A stretch of 63,350 nt of DNA, filler included, from Octopus bimaculoides (taxonomy: Eukaryota): the NCBI RefSeq assembly GCF_001194135.2. It is 4 parts of 4 records of this genome, joined end to end, with 100 filler letters (N's around TTAATTAATTAA, not from the genome) between each part and the next. Parts side by side here need not be neighbours in the genome. Positions count along the whole stretch, not along the records: positions 1 to 19,288 come from NC_068996.1; positions 19,389 to 44,732 come from NC_068991.1; 2 more parts are not named here. One strand, 5' to 3'. Every line of letters begins with the position of its first letter. The first letter of the stretch is position 1. The position numbers and the translations under genes are program-made. The notes beneath the pieces are model-generated. The model was not told the origin of the DNA and ran no database searches. It saw nothing but the letters and a program-made list of their open reading frames with translations. This document shows, in pieces, positions 12,697 to 24,697 of the stretch.

Positions 12697-13075
12697 TCGG
12701 CGGAATTGTTAGTACGCTGGACAAAATACTTGGCGACATCTCTTCCGTCTTTACATTCTGAGTTCAAATTCCGTCGAGGTCCACTTTACCTTTCATCCTT
12801 TCGGGGTCGATAAATTAAGTACCAGTTACGCATTGGGGTCAATGTAATCGACTTAATCCCTTTGTCTGTCCTTGTTCGACCCCTCTATGTTTAGCCCCGT
12901 GTGGGCAATAAAGAAATAAGAAACGTTATAGCACGCCGGGCGAAATGCTTAACGGTATTTCGTTTGTCTTTACGTTCTGAGTTCAAATTCCGCCGAGGTC
13001 GACTTTGTCTTTCATCCTTTCGGGGTCGATAAAATAAGTACCTGTTAAGTACTGAGATTGCTGTAATCGATTAGG
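12697..13075 (+). mobile_element. Tandem SINE family A dimer
   Basis: Two cores joined through ...GGGCAATAAAGAAATAAGAAACGTTA; another copy at about 12433-12630. Confidence 0.75.
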
Positions 13076-13149
13076 TCCGTCACCCAAATGTCAGCCGTTG
13101 TGCATGTAGTAGAAAAGCGTATTGTTGTCGGTGTTGTTGTTGGTGTTAT

Positions 13150-13180
<31 letters not shown>

Positions 13181-14097
13181 TTTGTTGTTATTGTGGTGGT
13201 GGTGGTTGATTGTGTTACTGTTAACACACTCACTATTTCTGAAACCGACATTACTCTTCTTTTCAAATTCTATTTTTTAATAGAATTTCTTTCCTTTTCG
13301 TGAGGGGGCGTTTTGTTTACATTCCTACATCTACACGAGGTTGCTACCACAATTGTGAGACTCTCCTCACACTAGCATCATCGAAGTGTCGTATTTCTGC
13401 TAGAAATTCCAAAAAGTAAAATTAATAAAAAAAAATAAAGCAAAAACAAAAATATATATATATCATTCCACCCGTAGCACTTAGGACTTATTCCACCACT
13501 CCCGTTTAAAGGAGTTTACAGTAAGACAAAAATAGAAAGTCACTTGAATCACGAAGAGTTTAGGAGCGAAAAAAGCAATGTATTCGGTAGTGTACTACTG
13601 GTTGACCGTCGTACCATGTTCCGAAAAACATCTGAACATATTAGAGCGCATACATTTTCGCTTCAACTGATAGGAACTGGTTCGGTTGGTCAGGAAATTC
13701 ACCTGATGTCAACTTCTATTCAGTGGTGGCCTCAACTGAACTGGCATGCTTGTGAGGTTGATCCTCCCGCAGAAATATTTGGACCACAGCGATGGCAACA
13801 ACAACGATGAGGAACGCGAGTGAACTGGGGTGGACATCTTTCGTCCAAATATATCTTTCTGCAACTCGTCTTCCTGACCAAGCAGCAATCATGTGTCAAG
13901 CTAGAGTAAGGTTATACGTTCAACATCTAGAATATTACAATATACTAATAGTAGTATACCAGTTGGATAAAGCCGCCGGCCGGAAATATCTCTAGTTTTC
14001 GATAGGCGGTTGGCTAAGGATATGAATGACGATGGCCTAAGATTGGCTGTGAGTAGTCTGTTTAAAAGAGATTTCCGGTTGGTGTTAACGTTGTTGT

Positions 14098-14472
14098 TGG
14101 CACTCCGTCGGTTACGACGACAAGGGTCCCAGCTGATACGATCAACGGAACAGCCTGCTCGTGAAATTAACGTGCAAGTGGCTGAGCACTCCACTGACAC
14201 GTGTACCCTTATAGTTCTCGGGGATATTCAGCGCTACACAGTGTGACAAGGCTGACCCTTTGAATTACGGGCACAACAGAGACAGGAAGTAAGAGTGAGA
14301 GAAAGTTGTGGTGAAATAGTACATCAGGGTTGGCCACCATCCCCTGCCGGAGCCTCGTGGAGCTTTAAGTGTTTTTGCTCAATAAACACTCACAACGCCC
14401 GGTCTGGGAATCGAAACCGCGATCCTATGACCGCGAGTCCGCTGCCCTAACCACTGGGCCATTGCGCCTCCA
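14098..14472 (-). mobile_element. SINE family C, full length
   Basis: Reverse complement of 2803-3165 including the tRNA-like head. Confidence 0.8.
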
Positions 14473-14813
14473 CGGTGTTATCGAACAACTTCCTAAAATC
14501 CTTGACAAGACAATGTTACAGGAAGATGCAATACATGTTCATGCTTCTATGGCAGGCCTATTGAATTACAAATGATATCCATTTTTGCCAGCTGAGTGAA
14601 CTAGAGAAACGTAAAATAAAATGTCTTGCTCAAGCACACAACGTGCCGCTGAGAATCGAACTCACAACTTTACGATCACGAGCTGACTACCTTAGCGCTT
14701 AAGCCACGCGCCTTCCTAACAAGACGAACTACAAAAGCCCCAAGATATTTGTTTTCCCCATCAAAACATACAAACATCAACATAACATACAAAACCCTAG
14801 TGAACCTTCTGAC

Positions 14814-15010
14814 TTAGGGGCTTCGTAGTATGATGAAAGAAGAAACAGGAAAGTTATCAAAAATGCTGCCCCAGTCAGAATGCCTGGAAGAGTACATAGG
14901 TGGAAGACTTCCTTTTAACCAGCTGCACATCCACATTATCACTATCAAAACCACAACTATAGCCACAACGAAAGCAAAAAGCTCAACCATATCACCATTA
15001 ACCATTATTC
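14814..15010 (-). CDS. Possible terminal exon encoding a TM-like segment plus short tail
   Basis: Strong acceptor tatgttttgtgttttctag; phase-1 frame gives LFAFVVAIVVVLIVIMWMC then KGSLPPMY...*. The hydrophobic run could instead come from degenerate GTT/GAT repeats. Confidence 0.3.
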
Positions 15011-15231
15011 CTAGAAAACACAAAACATAACAACCTCAATATAACGTCAATAACATAATCCCTTGAAACCCGTTCAACTCCATTTATAACACTGTTGTGA
15101 ATTAGAACAATAGTGAATTGATGAATCATATAAGAGAAAGGCGAAACGAGTGAAATGAGACGAATGAAACGAGTGAGACGAATGGAACACTAGGAGAGAG
15201 CTCTAGGAAAGCACAGAATTATTTCTATTAG

Positions 15232-15460
15232 TTCGTCTGTCGTTGACAACGATGACCAAGGACATCATATGGAAGATGGGTCATGGTGTGTCCAATTGTG
15301 GTCAATCAGTGCGATGTGTGCTCCGAAGGTCTTGCCGCATATCGGACGCTGGTGGTCTGTTGGGATTGAAGGTGTTCCGAATGCTTAAAACAGAGCGGAC
15401 TCCAACTAAAGTGTCCCAAGAGCAAGATGGCGATGTTAAACTGGTCAACGGTTTAAGTCA
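15232..15460 (-). mobile_element. 3' end of an RTE-clade LINE (decayed C-terminal C2H2 zinc finger)
   Basis: Minus frame reads HQRPICGKTFGAHIALIDHNWTH*, resembling the RTE CPxCGRTFxARIGLxSHxRTH tail, followed by GGTCATCGTTGTCAACGACAGACGAAC. Confidence 0.6.
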
Positions 15461-15850
15461 ACGAACCAAGAACCACCCTTATGACTGGCTGCCACAGTTT
15501 CCAACCACCAAATTCCACTCACATAAGTTTTGTCGACCTGGAGTTACTGTTGAAGACACTTTAGCCAAGGTGCCATGTGGTGGGGTCGAATTCAAATCTA
15601 TGCAGTCACGAAGGGAACTTCTTAACAACACAAGCTATACATGCTCTTTAGCGGGAACTAAAGTAATTCTAGTCATGGCCATCCTGTTGAATAACCGAGC
15701 CTTCTTAATCTAATGTGCCGTTCAGTTGTGAAGATGGTAAAGTATGATGGAGGAGATTTGGCTGCGATTTAAAACAGATCGAACGATCCACGTAGATTTC
15801 TTCTATCTGTTTCTTTTGAGGTAGTTCATCATCTTTTTTTCAACTCAGAC

Positions 15851-15853
15851 TAT

Positions 15854-15910
<57 letters not shown>

Positions 15911-15912
15911 CA

Positions 15913-15943
<31 letters not shown>

Positions 15944-15963
15944 CACTACCACTACTACTACTG

Positions 15964-16035
<72 letters not shown>

Positions 16036-16045
16036 ATGCTGATGC
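15851..16045. repeat. (TAC)n grading into (TGC)n/(TGA) trinucleotide repeat
   Basis: Directly visible. Confidence 0.95.
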
Positions 16046-17639
16046 TGATGCTGATGCTGCTACTTGTTCAATTTCGTTATCTCATCCATTATTGTCTTCC
16101 TTGATGGTGGCGCCTTGTAGATGTGACTTTCTACATGCAAAGAAATAAGTATAGAAGCAGATCTGAGGCATTTATAACTGAAGTGTTCGGTTCGAATCTG
16201 CTTTTATTTAAAATTTTATCGGCAGAATTTTAGTTCTTTGCATTTCCGTGAACAAATTAAGTTCATAATTGTAATTATAATCGTAATTACAATTATAATT
16301 ATAATCATAATTATATTTTCTAAAGTGAACGTATTAAAGTTCCCCTTTGCATGATGAAATATATACACCCTTATTTCACCCTGACCCTACTTCGTAATAT
16401 AGTCTTACTTCTCCCTCTTCTGACTGGTACCACGCAAGGCAGCAGCTGGTAATCAGGAAATCCAGGGTGAGAAAGATATTTTAATTACAGTTTAGCTCTT
16501 TGGTTTCGTTTTGCTTATTTTATGTGAAGATAATTAGTGAAGTTGCTTTGAAATGTTATAAAAATATGACTGATTTCATAACATGATGTCAACTTATAGC
16601 ACAGGGCCACTGACAGAAGTTACAGGCCTGTCCTCCACAATTGTTAATGATATAACAGTCTCCATGCTGTTTTGGGAACTGTTCAGCAGCAAGCAAGACA
16701 TTGCGCTATTTGAGGATTTTGTAAAAAAATGTTGAAATATAAGATACAACGGAAGTGCCTTAAGAATATCTTGCTGAATCATTAAATATTTTCGACTGAT
16801 TTTGCAAAGGGCCATAGAGTTGGGGGATTAGCTCATGACAACAAGAAGCGTGATTTGGTTTCGATTCAAAGATGAAATCGTTTCACTTTACTTGCCTGAA
16901 AATACTCTTGGGAAAATTGCAACGCCAGGACTTTCCCACTCTTGAATAAAAATACAGAGTTGTATTTTGTCTATTTTTCAACTGATTGCTGACATGAAAT
17001 GGAAACGTTTCAAAGATTTAATCACACGAAAGATAAATGTTAAATATCTAAACACTAACCTCCAGCGTATATCAAGATATATCTATATATATTTTTTTTT
17101 TCCGAGTTGAGTTGATAGTCATGCCATGTGTGTATCCTTATATGTATATGTGTGTGCTTGCGGGTGTGTATGTGTGTTTTTCTGTGTTTGCGTGTGCATT
17201 TTGTTGGGGTACTATTTCTTCGTCATGGATGTGTTATTGTCAGCAACACATTAACACATACAAGATGACAGGAAAAGCCGAGAGAAAAACACACACATGA
17301 CAATATAAAAACATGAGAATAAATCAGAATAAATGTATACCTCGAGAGGAGATTCACAGAATTAAGTAAATAATTAAATTCCATTTTGTCACTCCGTCTA
17401 AATGATTTCCTTCAACCAATACAGACCATCCCTAGTTAACTTGGACTGACTTAAATGTTATTTTATGATGAAATGTAACGTGAAGATAATTACACATTTT
17501 ACAAACGAATTTAGAATATTGGGTTAGGAGCAATTAATAAGTACAGTTATAATTATTCAGTGAGAAAATTGTTTTTATAATCAGAACTATATTCTGAACT
17601 GATTAATTCCAGAGTTTAGTTATCTCTTTCTTTAATTGT

Positions 17640-18775
17640 TTATTTGTTAGTTGGTCGGTCGGTCGGTCGGTCGGTTGGTTGACTGGTTGGTAGGTTGGTT
17701 AGTAGGTTGGCTGGTTAATTGCTTTGTTGGTTTGTAGGTTGTTTCGTTCGTTCGTTTGGTAGGTTGGTTGGTTGGTTGATGGATTGGTTGGGTTCAAGGT
17801 TGGTTAGCTGGTTGGTTGGTTGGTTGGTTGGCTGGTTGGTTGGTTGGTTGGTTGGTTGGTTGGTTGGTTGGTTGGTTGGATGGTTGATTGGTTGGTTGGT
17901 TGATTTGTAGGTTGGTTGGTNNNNNNNNNNNNNNNNNNNNNNNNNNNNNNNNNNNNNNNNNNNNNNNNNNNNNNNNNNNNNNNNNNNNNNNNNNNNNNNN
18001 NNNNNNNNNNNNNNNNNNNNNNNNNNNNNNNNNNNNNNNNNNNNNNNNNNNNNNNNNNNNNNNNNNNNNNNNNNNNNNNNNNNNNNNNNNNNNNNNNNNN
18101 NNNNNNNNNNNNNNNNNNNNNNNNNNNNNNNNNNNNNNNNNNNNNNNNNNNNNNNNNNNNNNNNNNNNNNNNNNNNNNNNNNNNNNNNNNNNNNNNNNNN
18201 NNNNNNNNNNNNNNNNNNNNNNNNNNNNNNNNNNNNNNNNNNNNNNNNNNNNNNNNNNNNNNNNNNNNNNNNNNNNNNNNNNNNNNNNNNNNNNNNNNNN
18301 NNNNNNNNNNNNNNNNNNNNNNNNNNNNNNNNNNNNNNNNNNNNNNNNNNNNNNNNNNNNNNNNNNNNNNNNNNNNNNNNNNNNNNNNNNNNNNNNNNNN
18401 NNNNNNNNNNNNNNNNNNNNNNNNNNNNNNNNNNNNNNNNNNNNNNNNNNNNNNNNNNNNNNNNNNNNNNNNNNNNNNNNNNNNNNNNNNNNNNNNNNNN
18501 NNNNNNNNNNNNNNNNNNNNNNNNNNNNNNNNNNNNNNNNNNNNNNNNNNNNNNNNNNNNNNNNNNNNNNNNNNNNNNNNNNNNNNNNNNNNNNNNNNNN
18601 NNNNNNNNNNNNNNNNNNNNNNNNNNNNNNNNNNNNNNNNNTTGGTTGGTTGGTTGGTTGGCTGGTTGGCTGGCTGGTTGGTTGGTTGGTTGGTTGGTTG
18701 GCTGGTGGATTGGTTGGTCTGTTGGTTGGTTGGTTGTTTGGTTGGTTGGTTGGTTCGTTCGTTCGTTCGTTGATT
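17640..18775. repeat. (TTGG)n tetranucleotide array spanning an N gap
   Basis: Visible on both sides of the gap; source of the PTNQ/LVGW ORFs. Confidence 0.9.
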
Positions 18776-19136
18776 TTCATAAAAAAACTAATCTTGATTA
18801 AATAACATATAATCAGTTTTCGACCAATTAGCTTAAACCTGATGAAGACAATTTTGCTACCACTGTGAGTTCATGATTCGTTAACAATTCAAATAAGTGC
18901 AACGCCAATAACTTTAGGGAGAAAGAAATCGTTGAATCTGAAATTATGAACTCTGAAGTTACATAGAAAATGATGATTCTGGATTTATTTATGCGAGCCG
19001 CCTTCTGGACCTCCGTCTAATTACAGTTGAAATTTGAATGACAAAAAATAGAATATAGAGAAACATTGGAAGTAACCTGTTGACAAATTCATACACATAC
19101 ACTCACACACAGAGACTAACACAAGCATTCATACAC

Positions 19137-19181
<45 letters not shown>

Positions 19182-19288
19182 GTCCCATTTTGTGGCATCC
19201 TTCGGACAACAGCTATAAGCAACAAATGAGCTGTGAGTAAATTTTAACAGATGGAAACAGTCATATATATACTATATATATATATATA

Positions 19289-19388
19289 NNNNNNNNNNNN
19301 NNNNNNNNNNNNNNNNNNNNNNNNNNNNNNNNTTAATTAATTAANNNNNNNNNNNNNNNNNNNNNNNNNNNNNNNNNNNNNNNNNNNN
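19289..19388. other. Artificial scaffold join: 44N + TTAATTAATTAA + 44N
   Basis: Exactly 100 bp; palindromic 12-mer with TAA in all six frames; identical to the other two blocks. Confidence 0.95.
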
Positions 19389-19671
19389 AAAAGAAAAAAA
19401 GAAAAAAATCAGATGACTTCAAGTTTCCTTAATCTGTTGATGTTAAATTATAAGGAATCTAAATTCGATCTTGGCAATTTGATTCCAAGACGATTGAATG
19501 TTTTGTTGTTCTTATTTCATTTCTTTAGATTTGATAAAATATCAATACCAATAAATTACATAGAGTTAGAGCGACCGTATTGTGGAGTAGATTTGGCTGA
19601 TGGTCATGTGACTGGAATTCTTTCTTCAGTTCCTGAAACGAGAAAAAAATAGCGTCATATCATTATCATCA

Positions 19672-20130
19672 TCATCATCATCATCATTCAACGTCCGTTT
19701 TCTATGCTGGCATGGGTTGGACGGTTTGACTGAAAACTGGTAAGCTGGAGAGCTACACCAGGTTTCGATCTGATTTGGCATGGTTTCTACAGCTGGTTGC
19801 CCTTCCTAAAACCAACCACTCCCAAGAGCATAGTGGGTGATTTTTACGTGCCAGTTACGAAACACCAGCATCAGCCACAACTACGATCTCACTTGGCTTG
19901 AGAGCTCTTCACAAGCACGGTATATTGCCAAACGTCTCGGTCACTTGTCACTGTTTCCGTGAGGCCCAAATTTCGAAGGGTGCTTTTTACGTGCCACCGG
20001 CACGGGTGCCAAATATGCGACACTGGCATCGGACACGACAACAATTTCATTTGCCTTGACGGGTCTTCTCAAGCACAGCATATAGCCAAAGGTGTCGGTC
20101 ACATGTCAATGCCCCTATGAGGCCCAGCGT
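19672..20130 (-). mobile_element. (GAT)n-tailed retroposon, family D (RTE-partner SINE-like)
   Basis: tcatcatcattcaacgtccgtttt..atgctggcatgggttggacgg...; homologues at about 54835-55200, 58312-58565 (-) and 58740-58965 (+). Confidence 0.7.
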
Positions 20131-20299
20131 TCGTAAATAACGATAACCAAAGGAAAAAAGAAAAAAAAAACAAACTATCAGCAATGACTAAACATCACAA
20201 AAATAACTATTTTATAAAATGCATGTATGTAAGATATATATATAATCGTAAATATGAGGGTAATAAATTAAAATAATTTATTGCCAGTGGTTATGCATA

Positions 20300-20540
20300 T
20301 GTAAAAGTCACAAGTCAACATATTTTTAAAATATAAAAATGTATATATATACATACATATGGGAGAATATACAAAAAATAACAACAGACGAGGACAGGTG
20401 GTGTAAATAACAAAAGTATATATTAGTATGACGCTCGGGAATACGGAAAGTCTTTGACGTTTCGAGCTACGCTCTTCAACAGAAAGAATACGGAGACAAG
20501 GAGAAAAACACGGAGAAAAAAAGATTGAATAGTGTTCAGT
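20300..20540 (-). mobile_element. Third copy of the hammerhead-motif repeat
   Basis: Minus strand CTTTCTGTTGAAGAGCGTAGCTCGAAACGTCAAAG at 20486-20452. Confidence 0.55.
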
Positions 20541-20799
20541 CAACGGTCAATCATAATACATAACTCCATCGCTTACGACGTCGAGGGTTCCAGTTTATCC
20601 GATCAACAAAACTGCTTGCTTGTGAAATTAACGTGCAAGTGGTTGAGCACTCCGCAGACATGTGTACCCTTAACGTAGTTCTCAGGGCGATTCAGTGTGA
20701 CACAATGTGACAAGGTCGGCCCTTCGAAATGTTGACAACTGCCAGCTGAGAGGACTGAAGTAACTTGAAATAAATATCTGGCTCAAGGAGATACCGCAC

Positions 20800-21350
20800 C
20801 GTCGGCGAAATTTTTTCGCACGAGAGTTCCGGACCCCTGCAATGAACTCATTTGCATACGGCCAATCAGAGCTCACCTTGACCTTGTTGTCAAGGTACAA
20901 ACGCACTCTACCAAGTAAACTCATGACGAAGAACGGTGTTGTAAGTCGACCGATCGTCAAGTTATGCCTGATGTTTGAAGGAGATAAGTAATTAGATAGA
21001 TTTGCATCTATATTTACTATCGGATTTTGTTTGGGCCCCATATGGTAAAGATGTGGATGGGAAAAATGTGGGTAGAGGGTGATGTGCTAGCAACCCTCTC
21101 CCCTTACTGCTTTACAAAGTAAAACAACAACACAAATAACTACGCAGAGGCAGCCATGGTTGAAACAAGAACAAGAACAACAAGAATTATTAAAACAGAA
21201 AAGAAGCATGGTCATTCCTTATCCAATTGACCTCATCTTATCGCCCATCTCTTGTTATGTGCTCATAAATCAGTTTGATAACTGAGCTCTGATTGGCTGT
21301 ATGCAAATGCGTTCATAACTGGGATGGGAAAAAAATTTCGCGTGCCGCCG
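20800..21350. repeat. Inverted-repeat-bounded element (MITE-like) with octamer and CCAAT motifs in both arms
   Basis: 34-bp arms at 20842-20875 and 21283-21316 (2 mismatches), plus outer CGAAATTTTTT arms. Confidence 0.55.
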
Positions 21351-21613
21351 GCTGTCGAACTCACTTGCTTACGATCGTGAGTCGAATACATTAAGTACTA
21401 ATCTGCGGTCCTTCACGAATACATTTTGAACATATAATATACAAACCTTGCAGGTTGAATTGGTACTTGTAGAATCTGGAATGATGTGTAGAGTACAGTT
21501 GCCTGTTTGGTCCTTGGCATCGGTCACATAAATTGTGTCAGTTTTAACACAGCAATCATTACTGAAATAATATTGATTAGGAAAAATTTATTGACTCTAA
21601 GTAATATAGGATG

Positions 21614-21651
<38 letters not shown>

Positions 21652-22434
21652 AGCATGTGAATGAATAAACAGAACGCCGAATACTGCACTACTCGCATTG
21701 AGAGGTCCTTTCATATACCTACGGTGTTAAAAGCATAGACAAATTATCGTAGCAGACGGGAACCCTCTGGTGTGGGCGCTCGAGCTGCAACATCACGTAA
21801 TTTCAGCGTACTGCACTTTCACAGTGACAGCCATCCGGTTGCTGCATGCCAGCCGAATCTCGCCATCAACGATATATAGCATAACAGTGATATTTAGTCA
21901 CAAATGTCGCTAATACCCAGCAGCCTTATTAGAATGTAATATTAGCGACGAAAGCAGTATTAATATATACACATTTATATGCATATAAATGTGTGTGTTT
22001 ATATATATGTATGTATGTATGTATGCATGTATGTATGTATGTATGTATGTATGTATGCATGTATGTATGTATGTCTGTATGTCTGTATGTCTGTATGTAT
22101 GTGCATATGCATGAGGAAGCGAAGGTTGCCAGTCATTTTGGAATTGTCCCACAGATGCAATTTAACGGCATAATTTGTTTACGAAATCTGCTTGTAACCA
22201 TTTCTTTTACTTTTCTTGTTGCTCTTGCCAACAAGTATCTACGTCAGGCTGTCCCATTTCTTGTCCACCTATATGTTTCACTTACTTTAGTGTTAGTGTT
22301 AGCTTCATTTAACATATTTATATAAAAAGCAAAAAACCAAACAAGCAAACAAGCAAACAAGCAGTAGTTACAAAATATCGATAGAGACTTAAGTACAGTG
22401 TGGTATTAAATATATAGATTGTTTTACTGCTTAC

Positions 22435-22676
22435 CTTATTTCTGCTTCGTATAGGAAGGCACTATCTGTTAGATTTTCATTGGCTATAATTACAGACGAC
22501 ATAGATGATGTCACATTTACAATAGGTGCGGGATTACTACCGTTCTTGACTTTAAGAATGGCAGACCACTTTTGCCTGCAACAATTAAAGTCCTTGTGAC
22601 TATCTATGCATCTCGTTGTGTCTTCCATAGTTGTATATAAATTACATACAAGAGGAACTTTTTTGGGTGGAAGTTC
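22435..22676 (-). CDS. Internal coding exon, phase 0/2, uncharacterised protein (ELPPKKVPLVCNLY...DSAFLYEAEIR)
   Basis: Strong acceptor attctttattctattttatttcag, 80 open codons, consensus donor AAG|gtaag; non-repetitive sequence with protein-like composition. Confidence 0.75.
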
Positions 22677-24304
22677 CTGAAATAAAATAGAATAAAGAAT
22701 AAGTTAAGTAAAAAAGAATATTCCCAATTACTTCCATTTTGAATCGTTTGCATAAAAAAGAAAACAATTAAATAGCTAAAGATGAATAGTCGTTTAAAAT
22801 AATATTGTTTAACACTTCTAGTTCATTGTTATAAGGAGGAGATTTTTCGAGTAGTGAAGTTGCCAGACTGTCGCCTTTTGATGTTTTTGTTGGTCTATCA
22901 TTAAAGCTGCAGCCATTTGGTTCTTGTATAAACCACAATTTTACACACGCTTGCTGTGTCCTTGTACAAAGTATAACCTTACACTCTATGCAATTGAACG
23001 TTTAGTTTTCGGGTGCATGACTAACAAAAGCTTTTTTAAAAAATATTTTTTGTCATAAATCTCAGTGGCTCGAATATTACAAATAAACGGAGGACAGAAG
23101 TATTGTATCGCGATTTAGCATCACCCCGAGACACCACCTAATGAGAAGTTATTCAAAGGATAATAGTCAAACCGTACAAAAGAAAGAAATTAAAAGGGAA
23201 AGTGAAACCGATAACTTTTGCTGTCGATTAGCGATGGAGTCAAGTGAATCAACTCCACTATAATTAATTCTTTCTAATTTTTGGAATTAGGCCAGCAATT
23301 TTGAAGTGTGTGTGTGTGTGGAGGGGGAGGGAATCAATTATATCGACTCCAGTGTTTGACTGGTATTTATTTTATTTGACCTCAAAAGGATGAAAGGCAA
23401 AGTTGACCCCGGTGGGATTTGAACTCGAAATATAAAGCTGGAAGAAATGCCGCCAAGCATTTTGTCCATCGCGCTAACGGTTCTGCCAGCGTGCCACCTT
23501 ACTGCAGCATATTAATCCTTTCTACTTATAGGTACAAAGCCTGAAATTTTAGGAGAGGGGACTTGTCGATTACATCGATCCCAGTAATCAACTGGATTTG
23601 GTAGACGGAAACTGAAAGAAGACCGTCGTATATATGTATGTATATATATATATATATATNNNNNNNNNNNNNNNNNNNNNNNNNNNNNNNNNNNNNNNNN
23701 NNNNNNNNNNNNNNNNNNNNNNNNNNNNNNNNNNNNNNNNNNNNNNNNNNNNNNNNNNNNNNNNNNNNNNNNNNNNNNNNNNNNNNNNNNNNNNNNNNNN
23801 NNNNNNNNNNNNNNNNNNNNNNNNNNNNNNNNNNNNNNNNNNNNNNNNNNNNNNNNNNNNNNNNNNNNNNNNNNNNNNNNNNNNNNNNNNNNNNNNNNNN
23901 NNNNNNNNNNNNNNNNNNNNNNNNNNNNNNNNNNNNNNNNNNNNNNNNNNNNNNNNNNNNNNNNNNNNNNNNNNNNNNNNNNNNNNNNNNNNNNNNNNNN
24001 NNNNNNNNNNNNNNNNNNNNNNNNNNNNNNNNNNNNNNNNNNNNNNNNNNNNNNNNNNNNNNNNNNNNNNNNNNNNNNNNNNNNNNNNNNNNNNNNNNNN
24101 NNNNNNNNNNNNNNNNNNNNNNNNNNNNNNNNNNNNNNNNNNNNNNNNNNNTGTAATATGTCTTTTTTTCTACATTTTTTCGTGCAGCTGAAGATTGCTC
24201 TTCATATTGCATTTAAGGTAATGCTCACATTACTTAAATAAATTGAAGTAGCATGAAACGTGCGTACTGCAATCACTTTTGAAATCCGTGTTGCTTATTA
24301 TTTG

Positions 24305-24342
<38 letters not shown>

Positions 24343-24697
24343 GTGTGTGTATATGTTTGTGTGTCTGTTTGTCTCCCCAACATCGCTTGACAACCGATGG
24401 TAGTGTGTTTGTGTCTCCGTAACTTAGCGGTTCGGCAAAAAAAACCGATAGAATAAGTACTAGGCTTACTAGTACCTCGGGTCGATTTGCACGACTAAAA
24501 GCGGTGCTCCAGCATGGCCGCAGTGAATTGACTGAAACAAGTAAAAGAGAGTACATGTAATTCTCTAACAAGAGTAGTATTGACAGTGACTTCGAAGTTT
24601 CGGTCAGCTAAGCTATCGATGCAATTGGTCGAGGAAGGTCACGCGGTGTTGTGGTTTGATGTTGGTATATGGGTAGCAGTAGGTATACGGGTAGATA

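Noticed and set aside
16410-16815. Short exon-like pieces that could link 22435 to the TM-like exon
   Set aside because: Weak acceptors and multiple open frames; the chain could be assembled by chance.
18800-18860. CCTGATGAAGAC and an opposite-strand GGTCGAAA as hammerhead halves; similar at about 40270-40305
   Set aside because: Too incomplete to reconstruct helices I and II; may be further Penelope remnants but not supportable.
19333-19344. TTAATTAATTAA as a conserved regulatory palindrome
   Set aside because: Always centred in exactly 44+44 Ns; an assembly spacer.
19560-19632. Minus-strand segment with a strong acceptor (ELKKEFQSHDHQPNLLHNTVALTL, phase 0/1)
   Set aside because: Incompatible with the phase-2 end of exon 22435 unless another exon exists; an equally good plus-strand acceptor nearby shows such sites arise by chance.
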